A stretch of 64,000 nt of DNA, from the NCBI GenBank assembly GCA_044892525.1, contig CM097887.1, positions 11,160,001-11,224,000 of the forward strand, written 5' to 3'. A model generated the notes under the pieces. That model was not told the DNA's origin, did no database searches, and was given only the letters and a program-made list of their open reading frames with translations. A program made the position numbers and the translations under genes. Each line of letters begins with the position of its first letter. The first letter of the stretch is position 1. The stretch comes from Schmidtea polychroa (Eukaryota). Below are positions 1 to 11,753 of this stretch, piece after piece.

Positions 1-2146
1 GGTGTGGAATCATTTTTTACGAGGGACAAAAACTCAAGTGGCGAAATGTACACAATGTAGGCAGGTTTTAAAGATATTGGGTGGGTGTACGACACCCAAT
101 CACACCCATTTGCGGACTAAACATAACAAGATTTTAAATAAACGAAAAATTGATAATGCGGATGCTGCTGGTGCGAATACCGGTGATTTAGCTACAAAAA
201 TCAAAACGATTAAAGATTTTTATATTTCAAAAGTAGACGAAAGTTTTGCTGCAGTCACATCTCGAATGGTAGCTTCAGACGGATTACCGTTTCACATATT
301 TTGTAGTTCAGACGATTTAAGAAAATGTTTACGAACGCGGGGATTTTGTGACATTCCAAAATCACCTACCAGTATACAAAAAGTCGTGATGGATTACAGC
401 AAAAAAAATCGGCAGTCGATAATTTCAATAATAATTACGTTTCAGTCTGACACTTGACGAATGGATTTCTTCTCGAAACAGACGTTTTATGAATGTTAAC
501 GTGCATGGATCAGGAGATCGAGTCTGGAATTTGGGATTGGCTCGTATTAATGGTCGATTTGCGTCTGAAGATTGTATAAAATTGCTGGAAAAAAAGCTTG
601 AATCATGCCAATTAAATATTGGAAATGATATTTTGTGCATTGTTACAGATGGTGCCTCCATGATGCAAAAAATTTGTAGATTTTTACCCTGCGAACAAAT
701 TTTATGTTTTGCTCATGCAATTCAAATTGCAATTGGTAATGTACTCTATAAAAAGCAAACGTTGGATTTAGTAGATAATGCAACAGAAAACGAAGTAGAG
801 CAGGAAAATAATGAAAATGAACCGAACTTTGAGTTAGATGAAGAAAATCTTACTGATGATGAGGATGATGGCAATGGAATGCGGGTAGATATGGGAATTG
901 AAACTGATGTTATGGAAACCACTGAAAACTTTCAACTACGAGCATTAATCACAAAAGTTCGGAAAATTGTTAAAACTTTTCGTCGTTCTCCTTTGAAAAA
1001 TGAAGTGCTTCAAAAATACGTGAAGCAAGATCATAAAAAAGAATTACAGCTTGTGTTAGATTCAAAAACTAGATGGAATAGCATGTTGTCTATGTTAGAG
1101 CGTTTTAATATTTTGAAAACTTCATTAAAAAAAAGCACTAATTGACATTAAAACGGACATAATTTTATATGAATCAGAATGGGATTCGGTATCACGAATA
1201 TCTAAAAATGTGATGCCAGTAAAATTAGCCGTAGACGCCTTATGCCGTGCAGATGCTAATTTAATTTCTGCGGATGCAACATTTACGTTTATGTTACAAA
1301 ATTTTAGTGAAAATGACGAATTTGCCCTTGAATTTAAAAAAGAGATAGAACTCCAGTTCAATCGGAGAAGAACTATTTTATCTGATGTGCTACAATATTT
1401 GCATAATGGTGACAAAACAAAAATTCACAGAGCATTTCCGGTCACTCGAAAACAGAAATAAATAAAATTATTCTATTACTGCCCCGGCGACTTAATGATG
1501 AAATTACTGCTGAAGTTGATTCAGCGGATTCCGAGTCTGATTTTGATTTAGTATTTGAACCTAACAAATTTTTTGAAAGTGAAACGCAGCCCTCTTTACA
1601 GAAATTGTTGCAGCAAAAAATCCAGCAGTCACTTTTACAGCCGACAACAAGAATTTAAAAAAAAACATCAATTCAATCTGCGATTCGAAATGAATTAAAA
1701 TTTTGGGACGAAGGTGGATCTCGTGGACCATTTTTGGAAATAATTTACAAAAACTTGTTGTGTATTCCCCCAACAAGTGTTGAAGCAGAGAGAGCTTTTT
1801 CCGTCGCTGTAGCATTTTCAACAAAAATTAGGCCAAGACTTAATGATACTACATTGGGCAATTTGTGTATGCTGAGAAGCTTCTTCAAAAAGCAAACATA
1901 AATTTTTATTTTTATATTATCTTTTTTTAAATATTGAATTTGTTTTGTTTATGTTTTTTTTATTAATATTAATACAAATATAAAAATTTTCTTTGTTTAC
2001 TTTGAAATAAATTTATGCTGGTTAACATTTTCTTTGCTCTTGACTTTTTATTTTTCAATTCCAGAATAATTCCGTTATTCCGAATTTCATCTTACGTAAA
2101 TCCGAAAATTCCGGAATTCTGTTTTCGTTAAAAAATGGATTCCCTA
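1..2146 (+). mobile_element. hAT DNA transposon, right part with probable 3' terminus
   Basis: Clustered (AA)TTCCG subterminal motifs at ~2057-2120, followed by ...GGATTCCCTA ending at 2146 (reverse complement TAGGGAATCC, a hAT-like terminus). The left TIR and TSD are not in the window. Confidence 0.6.
2..1901 (+). pseudogene. hAT-superfamily transposase, disrupted by frameshifts and stops
   Basis: N-terminal BED finger (WNHF...CTQC...H...H). SLTLDEW at ~445-465. TDGASMM, CFAHAIQ and RWNS motifs in ORF 489-1145. hATC dimerisation motif LLCIPPTSVEAERAFS at ~1760-1805. Spread over at least 4 frame segments; 5' part lies outside the window. Confidence 0.93.
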
Positions 2147-4479
2147 TACCAGACTGTACTTTTTCGAGCGTAAAATAAAACTTTTTGGTTTCAAGGCATT
2201 CGATATTCAGCATGTCTTCGTAATCAATATGGTTGCCTTCAATAATTGTTTCGGTCCGATCGATTAAGGAAACTGAAGCTTTCCACAATGTTCCTGTTGA
2301 CTACCTCATTTAACACGTTTTCAATGAAATTTATTTACGTCATTTCTACAGTAATTTAAAATGTTTTATTTATACAAATACCATATGATTCTGATTGGTT
2401 GATAGACTACAAATGTAAAATATATGAGTTTAAATTTGATACAACATGAATACAATATTTCTATTGGTAATTAGTATAATGAGTGTGTGCTCACGCAATA
2501 CAACAATAACGGTAGTGTCTTCAAATAAATCAATATGTGTTTGTCCAAATACCGCCAAGTTGATTGATATTTTATATATTCTTGACAAACTAAAATGGGC
2601 AAGGTATCTAGGAAAAATAATATCCGAAAGATTGTAAAATTTAGAAAACGGCTATGTATAATTTAAAAATTTATAGATTTAATAATTTGTTTATAAATCA
2701 TCAATATTGTACAGTTATTTGTCCCTGGTGAATGTAGGTAACCTGATGATAGTGATTCTATCGAAATATATAGTGAAAAAGTTGTACGAATGGTGATTTT
2801 TATTAATAAAGTTTTTACCGTGTTTATTTAAAAAACTAAGATGGTTATATATTTAAAATAAATGAACTAAACCAAAAATATAATTAACTGATAATAATAT
2901 TTTAAGAATTATCTTGTAAAAAAAATCATTTGCCATTTAATGAAAAAATTATTTGAAATATAAATTCTTTCGGTAACTTGGGATAAAAAATTTTTTACAA
3001 AAGGTAATCTGAGCATTTAAAAAGAACATTTTACCTAAGCAGTGATGAGCTAGGAGCAATGTTGCAAATACGTGTTGGGCAAAACCAAGAGACAATGTGA
3101 GTTAATTAAATATAAAGGTGGTATCTTTTGATAGCTTAGAGCAATTGTTTCCAAACACAAACTCCATAATTTATATTCAATTTATTTCTCGAATAACAAT
3201 AAAATTTCATTATTTCATTTTAAAATTAAGAAAATTATTTCCGAAATTTAGAAATTCTAGGATTGTGTTGGTTGATCTACAATGATGACATTGTCTATAA
3301 GTACAAGCTAGACTAATTTTTGTTACCATGGCTACAAATACAATCGGTGTGTATGCATGTGTGTGAATATGTCTGGTTGGGGTGAAAGACGGCTGAGTGG
3401 GTAAATTGACCAAGTTCGAGACCCAGCTCAACCAGAACGAATGGACCGAGAACTGGCAGGATGGATCAAACCAATCATTGAAGAGTTAGTCGAAATTTAC
3501 GAGAAACGGCCTCCAGTGGATTTGACTAGATTTGGGTAGAGCTGGGCGTGACAAACTTAAGAGAGCTTTATAGGCCAATATTCCCGCACGAAAACCATAA
3601 TGTGATGATGCTATGTGTACATATCAAATAAGTATATTGTTGGGTTTTTATTTGAAAGTCGGTTCTCTCTCTGACTCTTCGTGTTATTATTCAACCAAAT
3701 AAATCGAACCCAACACAGGATAATTTTATTCAATCTTTTTCACAATTACACTTTGTCACTATTTGTACCTTTCTCTCCAGATAATTTTCCACTCGATAAG
3801 GTAGAAAACCCAAGAAGCAATCACCTTTTCTTGTACGAGTCTTACCATTTTTGAATTACTAAATTTTTTTTCTTTTGATTACTGATCGCCGGATTTCTGC
3901 TTCTCTTCTTTCTTTTTCTCTTCGACCAAATGGCGGCTTGCTCATTTCTGAGCTCTTTTTTCATACTGTCAATTATCTAGAGAATTGCACTTAATTATTT
4001 CTCAGGGAATCTTAAGTCTATATTTGAGGGTTTTTGATTGTTTTAATTTGTTTACCCTTGATTAGGGCTCAAAATATTCCATCTCTTATCTTATTGCTCG
4101 GGTCTCACAGCGCACCGGGTTTTCTTCAGCGCTCGGGTTTTCCATTGTTTCCCATTTGTTTTCCCGCATTAACTCTCTCTGTGAACACCTTATTAAATTT
4201 TCATTAATAATTTTTTTAATTAATTTCATAATTTCTGAACTCGCCTATCGATTTGGCGTTCAACCATACCCGATACCTCCGTTCAATATTGATTTTTAAT
4301 AAGTTTTAATTAATTTTACATTTTTATTGATTTTACCCATATTTGTTATGCTTTCCTTTTATATATAAATTTTTTATTTTTGTGCTAACCTTAACAATAT
4401 TGTGTTGGTGCATAGTATTATGAGATGAACGAGAGGAGGAAATAAAACCCATAAATAGAATAGAGACCAGAATAGAAAA

Positions 4480-4691
4480 TCGGACATAGACCTTCTATCG
4501 GCAGTCCGTGACCCAAATGGGTGCTTGGCATTTATAGTGTATGCTCACTTTATGCTGATACTCACCATTTGATAAAGCACCAAAGTTGATCACTCAACGG
4601 GTATCAAGTGGTAAGACACATCATTTTATTCTAGGTTACGCTGAAAATACCTCGAAGGGGTAATATCTATGCTTACCTGTAACCCACCAAA
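4480..4691. repeat. Dispersed repeat, probable degenerate LTR
   Basis: GTTGATCACTCAACGGGTATC (4585) matches 27053 at 18/21. ACCTGTAACCCACCAAA (4675) matches 27142 at 16/17, with colinear spacing (90 vs 89 nt). AGACCTTCTATCGG (4488) is identical at 15730. Confidence 0.55.
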
Positions 4692-5026
4692 AGTTTTAAT
4701 TATAAAAATCTTTTTAAACTAATTTAGGCAAAAAACAACAGAATAATCATATATTCGGAGTTTATCCGACAAAATACTTTGACGCCCTAGTGGTAGAGGT
4801 GATTCAAACCACACACAATAATTTTTTTGGTGCAATATTAATAAAAAATTGGCTCAAATTCAATTAATTTGGTGCGTCATTAAATGGTAGCCATATTTTT
4901 TATATTTCAAAATATATATTAGAAGTGATTTTAATTTTAATTAGAGAAGCTTAATTGCGTATTTTTCATTTTCAAAATTTTTTTGGTATGTGTTGAGTAC
5001 AACCAGTCCCCATGTGAGGTCGAGAT

Positions 5027-5547
5027 CAGAGCCGTAGCTAGGGGGTGGCGAATGGGGCGACCGCCCCAGGCGCTAAAACTGTGAAATGATCATTTAAATT
5101 TTTTTTGCTTTTTTTTCTTTTTTTCATATTAAATTTTTATATTCTGCTTTCCATGTTTACTGTTTTCAAAAGTTAAACTAAAACAAAACTGTTTTGCTGG
5201 TCTATCTAAAGGTTTTTACAAACGGACGGCTAAATCCGAAGGTGGCTGATCATAAAAACAGTTTTGAGCATAGAAAATGCTACTTAGACTGGAAAGATTT
5301 TGAAAATCGTTTGAAAGGAAGGACAATTGATGATAATGGTTATAGATATCGATATGCCCGATGCAGTAGTCTATATATTAAAACGAGTTTGGTTAAGCAT
5401 TGTATAGATTTGCATCTTAATTTGACTCTTCAAGACCAATTCCATTCCTGTAAGTACATAATTAATGGGAGTTGTGGATTCTTTTGGCACCAGGGGCGCC
5501 TAATTTCAATCTCGCCCCGGGCACCATTTTCCCTAGCTACGGCTCTG
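5027..5547 (+). mobile_element. Non-autonomous hAT element (521 bp) carrying an internal transposase fragment
   Basis: Perfect 17-bp TIR CAGAGCCGTAGCTAGGG / CCCTAGCTACGGCTCTG. 8-bp TSD GTCGAGAT at 5019-5026 and 5548-5555. Internal peptide HKNSFEHRKCYLDWKDFENRLKGRTID resembles TTF-zinc-finger (Tip100-like) hAT transposases. Confidence 0.93.
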
Positions 5548-5737
5548 GTCGAGATAACCGGAAAGTAGAAAAATATTAAACTATCTGACTCCCATTGTTC
5601 TTTAATATTTCAATAAATAAATTCATTTACCGTATATTACCTGAGTTCCAATAATACTGGTCACATAGGTGCATTATTTAATGCATTATTCTGTTCTTCA
5701 CCTAATTGAATCTTTTGATTAAACTTATCTTAATTAA

Positions 5738-5982
5738 CCCTACACTGCATGACTTTTTATATTTGATACTTTGTACACTTTCACTTAAACTGTAAGACGT
5801 TTTAAAAATTGATTTTGTAATACAAAACTATTGAGAATTACATTACGGTTTTTTTGTATTATATTGCAAATATAGCCAATACAATGTAATATGAGAGAAC
5901 ATTTACCGAGAACAAGAGCGAGACAGTTTTTATTCTAATAAGATAATTGTGTATCACCAGTGATACAATATGCAGTGTAGGG
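5738..5982. mobile_element. piggyBac-type MITE (245 bp)
   Basis: 13-bp TIR CCCTACACTGCAT / ATGCAGTGTAGGG flanked by TTAA at 5734-5737 and 5983-5986. Confidence 0.92.
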
Positions 5983-6705
5983 TTAACATTAACTTTTCCT
6001 CTTGTTCGAGTTGCTTTCTGGATTTTTCTGGAATCCAAAATTTTCTTGAAAAATTCAATTTTTTCTAGCAGTCAATATAAAATCAATCTACTTTTAATGA
6101 AATCTTTTATCTTGTTCGCTATTGATCCTTTAACATTTTTATTTATCTTCATTAAATTTGAAACTCTCGATCATTATTTTTATTGATCGTTAGCTTAAAA
6201 AGAAATTTGTTTCAAGTAACTGACACAAGTAGTCCAAAAATGCCTTTTTTCAGTGAAAACCCTTGATAATTCATAATAGGTGCCACTAATACAAACATAG
6301 ACCAATAAAATGTGCTCAAAGTCAGAGGCTGATTGATCAAGGACTGATTTATGACGTCTACAGACAAAGTTAAGACCATTACACCAGACAGAAAATAAAA
6401 TATATTTATAATTATCTCTCACAGAAATTTAACGAGTCAACGTAATTATATAAAATGTGAACATGATCAATACGAGTGTTGAGAAGAATTAAAAATGTTC
6501 TTCAACATCGACAGCAACAAATATGGCCATAATTATATCTAACAATTTACAACAATAATTAAGGATAAAATAACAAAATATAATATAAAAATTAGAACTT
6601 TACAATTATTAACTACATAAAATAAAAAATTTTTATTGGAATAATCATAATGATTAAACATCGGTGAAGTTTTATGTTTAAGTTTTTTGCTTAATCACTT
6701 AAACA

Positions 6706-6933
6706 TTATAGAACAACATCTTTTATTTCTGGTGGAACTTCAACTTTAGGATGCTTGCTATCAAAGTGCATTCTATAAGTTTTAATATCTTGCATTTGTG
6801 TTTTACAAACAGTGCAAGTATAAATCAAAGCCTTTTGAGCAGCTTTCTTCTGATCAATTCCAGACTTCTTTGATTCAGTTTGCTTTTTTAAATTTTTTTG
6901 TTGTGATTGTATTTTTTGATGACCACGAGCCAT
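6706..6933 (-). CDS. ZNF706: Zinc finger protein 706 homolog (4F5/SERF-like N-terminus plus C2H2 finger), 75 aa
   Basis: MARGHQKIQSQQKN...ALIYTCTVCKTQMQDIKTYRMHFDSKHPK closely matches the ZNF706 family consensus (MARGQQKIQSQQKN...ALIYTCTVCRTQM...HFESKHPK). Full length, no coding intron. Confidence 0.95.
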   Translation of the reverse strand: MARGHQKIQSQQKNLKKQTESKKSGIDQKKAAQKALIYTCTVCKTQMQDIKTYRMHFDSKHPKVEVPPEIKDVVL

Positions 6934-6944
6934 TTTAGAGTAAT

Positions 6945-6995
6945 CTTAAGATAAATAATAAATAATAAAGCATACAATAAATGCAGTTAACTTAC
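6945..6995 (-). other. Probable 51-nt 5'-UTR intron of the ZNF706 gene
   Basis: Minus strand reads GTAAGT...T-rich...TTAAG, ending 11 nt upstream of the ATG. Confidence 0.55.
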
Positions 6996-7293
6996 ATTTC
7001 TAGCTTGGGAAACACAAACAAAATGATTATTTAAACAATCGAATTTTAATTTTAATCGGAAATTAATTTGATTTATTAAATGGCAAGAATTTGTCAATTC
7101 AGTTTTATTATCAAATTTATTTAAATGTATAAAAATGAATTCAAATGAAAATAATTAGTAAATTTTATAAAAATTAATATTAATTTTTGATTTAATTATT
7201 TTCAAAATTAGTTTTTTAACCCTTAAATGAATTCTGTAGCATATCTGCAACAATTTATTTAAGCGAATATAACTCAGTATACATGCAATAAAG

Positions 7294-7706
7294 CAGTGTT
7301 GTCCAAACTTTTTTGAGCCACGGCACACTTGGCTGAACTAAAAATTTTCGCGGCACACCTAAATTTTTTTTGCTTTATTTGCAATTTTTTATTGCACTTT
7401 TACTAATCTTTTAATAAGAAATGAAAAACTTATAAACTAAAAAATATTATTATTTAATATTTAAGATTCTAAATAAACATAATTAAGCTGCTTACGTATT
7501 GTAGATAGTCAATATTTCTAGTAAGAAATATAAATATGATTGTAAACAAATAAATTTCGCACTTAATTGACTGATTAACATTTAAATTTGATATAACTGT
7601 TAAAATATCCACAATTCAATTTCCTTTTATTAAGTTGTTTGGAAAAACAGGGTTTTTTTGACTTTTTTTAAAAAAAATTTCACGGCACACAGTTTGGACA
7701 ACACTG
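7294..7706. mobile_element. hAT-type MITE (413 bp)
   Basis: 16-bp TIR CAGTGTTGTCCAAACT / AGTTTGGACAACACTG. 8-bp TSD CAATAAAG at 7286-7293 and 7707-7714. Subterminal (C)GGCACAC motifs. Confidence 0.95.
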
Positions 7707-7935
7707 CAATAAAGGAACTATAATGCGTGTGTTGCATAAGTGTTATAAAACACCAAATTCTTTTTTTAAGCTTTGCAATATCAAACAGGTAGACCTGATT
7801 GACGGATTAGAGTTATTTACTGTTGAATCCATTCAACTCTGGAAGCTCTATCATATGGATTAGGTATTTATTTAATCAAATTAAAAACATTTCATCTCTG
7901 ATTTTGAAAAAATAACTCTTTTAAAAATGTACATC

Positions 7936-8420
7936 TTAAATTAGCTTCAACTCCTTTCCTGCGTTTGATTTCAAGTTTAGCGCGTTGTAGAAAGATTCAA
8001 CAGCTTGTGTATTGACGCCTGTAGAGTTATTTATGTACTCGTAATTATGGCACAGAACTATGAGTAAAATTAAAATTCTCAGACCAAAGTAGATTTGGTG
8101 ATACCAATCCAGATTGTTGAATTCTGTTTGCAAATTATTGGGACTAATACAGCTGCAGTCTTAATAGGAATTACTGTGGCGAAGGCTCTTGTAATGTTTT
8201 CTTTGACCTCCACGAGGAAAAGAGCATCTTTTTTATTGCTAGGGGATCGCCCACGATGGCTTTTACATTTGTGATTAAGCATCGTTTCATTTATCTGAAC
8301 GATGTTTTGCGGTCCCTCTAGTTTGTTATTGCAAAAATCAGTTTCTGGAATTTAATTGACAAATTTCTTTAATATTTTATCCACTGTTCCCTCAAAAACA
8401 TTCAAACTGTCCTTAATACT
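7936..8420 (-). pseudogene. Merlin/ISXO2-like transposase remnant
   Basis: KLEGPQNIVQINETMLNHKCKSHRGR (catalytic DE changed to NE), then ...TRAFATVIPIKTAAVLVPII...STIW, and HNYEYINNSTGVNTQAVESF in a shifted frame. These match ISXO2/Merlin motifs GGPG.IV.IDE...K..RGR and TGVHTQ.IES. Confidence 0.85.
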
Positions 8421-8829
8421 ATGTCTAGGTTATCTACATGATATATTTAATGAATATTTAATTAATTTGTAATTTTAAATAAATAATATATTTAAAATTA
8501 CATGGGGAAACTTTGTTGTGTTTTGTAAATTCAAGTCGGTAACCTCTGACTCCACGCGTCCCTTTAATCGTAAATAACAAAACAATAAACTTCCCAAAGT
8601 ATGAATCACAAAAATCTCTCAAAATCCAAAGATACATTCAGCGACAGAGTTTTAAAAGTTTAATTGGTTTTCGCTCGGCGAGGATGCTTTCTCAAATCTT
8701 TATCAATATTCACCTTTTGTCCACTAATTTCTTTTTAATAGAATTTTTACTCTTTAATCTGGTTCGCTTCCAATTCAATTTTCTTTTCACGTCTCGAATA
8801 TCTCCTAACTCTATTCGTTCGTCTCCCTA

Positions 8830-9400
8830 ACTTCTTGATTGCCTTAAGCTTGGTTTCTTCGCGACCATAGGTGAGACAGAATGCCTGTTTGATCTAATTT
8901 TCCCATTCCTTATATACTCTTCAAAATTGTTATTACAAATGGTTATTGCCGAACCAATTTCTCCCCTGACATTCGACTCCACATATCTGCTTCGACTGTA
9001 ACCCAGAATGACCCGATGAACAAAGATAATTAATGGCCCGCCAGGCTTTTCTACATGCATTATCTTTTTCTTGGTCTTTTCCCATTAACCATTGTGTCAT
9101 GATAATGGGCCCAAATCTTCATTCTGTTTACTTTTCTCTTTGTTTCCCGAACTCGGGATTTCTTTCTACTAGCTAATAAATTAATTTCGTTTTCTTGTTT
9201 TTCATCTTTTACGCACCATTTCGCACTTTTCCTAGCTCTTTCTGAAAATGCCGTTTTCACCATGTTATTCCTTGCTACCCCCATGACCAATTTTCCAGAC
9301 TTTAATTCGAATTTATGAATCTTTAATCGATTTTCTACAATTCATATTTTTGCGCTTTTCCCATATACTGATGTACTTTCTCGAGCCTTTCTACCTATTT
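8830..9400 (-). pseudogene. Possible highly degraded retroviral-type integrase fragment
   Basis: Only scattered motif-like pieces (VH..., GHGG, KCE, DLGPL..NG) across broken frames. Confidence 0.25.
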
Positions 9401-11753
9401 TATTTCTTCGCATTGTTATTTCTCTTCCTGACCAGTCTTACACTTCTCTCATTCCTTTAATTACAAATATAATTTAATTTTACTTTTAATTATTTTATAA
9501 CCCCAATAGTATCATTGATAGTTTGCAGTTTATGGACAAGTGGTTTTTGTAAATAAAAAATATTTCAATTTTCGATTTATAAGCTTTAATAATATGATTT
9601 ATAAAACGCCGAAGAATCCATTATCAACACAGAATGATTTATGAGAATATTATCATTGGAAAGATGCACGGTAAGGAAATTAATTATATTGTTATATGAA
9701 GAGAGTATGAAAGGAAGACATAGAGAGACAATTGTCAAATAGAGATGATTTGGGTTGACAGTTATTATAGTTAGTTCTATAATATTTAGGTTGTTTATAT
9801 CTCTGTATAGTGTATTAAGTTTGTATATATCTATTAATCCGTGTGTTGTTAGGAAATCTGTAGAACACAGCCGAGTCACCTATAAAAATACTGTTTCGGG
9901 ACAGCTGGGGAGGTTGTATGTAATACTAGTTGTAGTAGAATTTTACCTTTTTTTAAATATAATTACGAACCAAAACAGAACCTCAATTAGGTTTTATTTT
10001 TACTTCTGTTTTCGCGTTCTCAACTTCCTGAAACTAAAATTATTAAAAGACTATATAGCGATAATTTACTATAGTAAATTATCGCTATAGAAAAAATTGA
10101 CAAAATAAAAAAATCGAATTTCAAATTTAAAAAAACCAAGAAAACAGAAAGTTATATAGAAGATTAATCTTAAGATACTCAAGATTAAAGTTCAGAAAAA
10201 TATTAAAAGGAATATTATCAAACATTAACAATTCAAGAATAGAATCCCGAAAAAGATAAAAAAGAAAATTATAAAGACTGGTCCAATTTCTATGAGCCGA
10301 GGTTTCAGGTCGATTATTTTATATATATTATTTCTTTAATAAAATTTGTTATCGTTTATAAGTGTTGTTGTTAATTTTATTATACGTTTTATTTGGGGTG
10401 TAATAAGCACGCAGATACACACGCACCCCGATTGTCCCGCTACACAAGTTTTAACGGAGACTCTTTCGGGCTCATCAAATTTCCTAAATAATCTATACAA
10501 ATTAGACACAAACTAAGAGTAAACATTTAACACTAGTGTTTAAGAATAACAAAACAGAATACATATTATAAATATTAATAATATATAAAAACTACTGTAA
10601 CTTTACAAATTTATTCTAACAATAATATGCACCTTGAAGTCCGGAGGGAAACTGACAATTTGATTCAATTACCCCTATCTCCAGAAAGTTTGACGGATCT
10701 TGAATGTTTTAATATGTTATCTTGTGCTTGGAAGCTCCGGGGTCATCTCATGATGTGTTTTACCAAAAGACAAAACTTTCAATTTTCTGAACTCAAGTTT
10801 TGGGACTTTTTAACAAGGTGACAATTTATAATTTGTCGTTTTGATATATTAGAATTTCAGTCAAGCTTTCTTAAATACTAATATCTCCAGATCTGTTATC
10901 TTATACTTTGAAGTTCTTGTTGAAACTTCTCGGATTATTGAGTTTCTAATTTGTTTTTTAATTATTAATTCTTTTATTGATTTTTTATTTGTAATTTCTC
11001 TAAAGTACGCTATGATGAAAAATTATCGACTGCAAATCGTAATTACAATTAAAAAGTTACAATCAGTAAATTAACACCACACTACAACAATCATTAATTA
11101 AGTGGATCAGACCACTATATAAGGCAAATTGGAATTAGAAACTATCTCAAGTAGAAGCCAAGAAATCAAGAATAGAATTTAGGTAAATAAATCGAATTTT
11201 TCTAAGAACAAACGAAGGATTAAGAAGAGTAAATAGATCAATTAGTATCAAATCATGAACCCAACACGTTCATAAGTCAGTGAGCAATATTTTTTAACTA
11301 AATAAATGGTATTCTATTAAAACAAAATTATCGTGTTTTTCGTGAGAAAACACAGTAAGATTGAATCTAAAAATATTAAAGATATCAAAATTTATTTTTT
11401 ATTTAAATTTATTATATATTTGAAATTTTTAGATTTTAGAAAAATTCAATGAAATAAAAATGGTGGCACAAAAACGACACAACTAAGTTACACAAAATAA
11501 TTAGTATCCAACATTTAAAAAGTAATATTCACGTGAAAAATTTATTTTTTTATGTTTTCTTCATCAAAATGTATCTCGGACATTCAAATGGCAAAATATA
11601 CATTTTCTGCTTCTAGCAGATTGAATTTGGAAATGATGTATATCAAAATCAATCATTATAAATTTATTTTTAATTTACACGGCTGTTAAGAAATTAATAA
11701 AATAATTTGGAAATATTTTATAAATTAAAATGACTAGACAATCTATCGTATTT

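Noticed and set aside
425-2288. Minus-strand ORFs 425-661, 1125-1415, 1561-1824 and 2055-2288
   Set aside because: The first three are antisense shadows of the hAT transposase. The last crosses the hAT terminus and has no recognisable motif.
3210-4330. Gag-like or host coding sequence
   Set aside because: Composition looks coding-like, but only short broken frames are present and no motif could be recognised.
4786-4800. CTCF-like motif (GACGCCCTAGTGG)
   Set aside because: One base short of the consensus spacing, a single occurrence, and not testable from sequence.
10455-10480. Hammerhead ribozyme (minus strand TGATGAGCCCGAAA)
   Set aside because: It lacks C3, and stems I and III do not pair. 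No Penelope-type ORF was recognised nearby.
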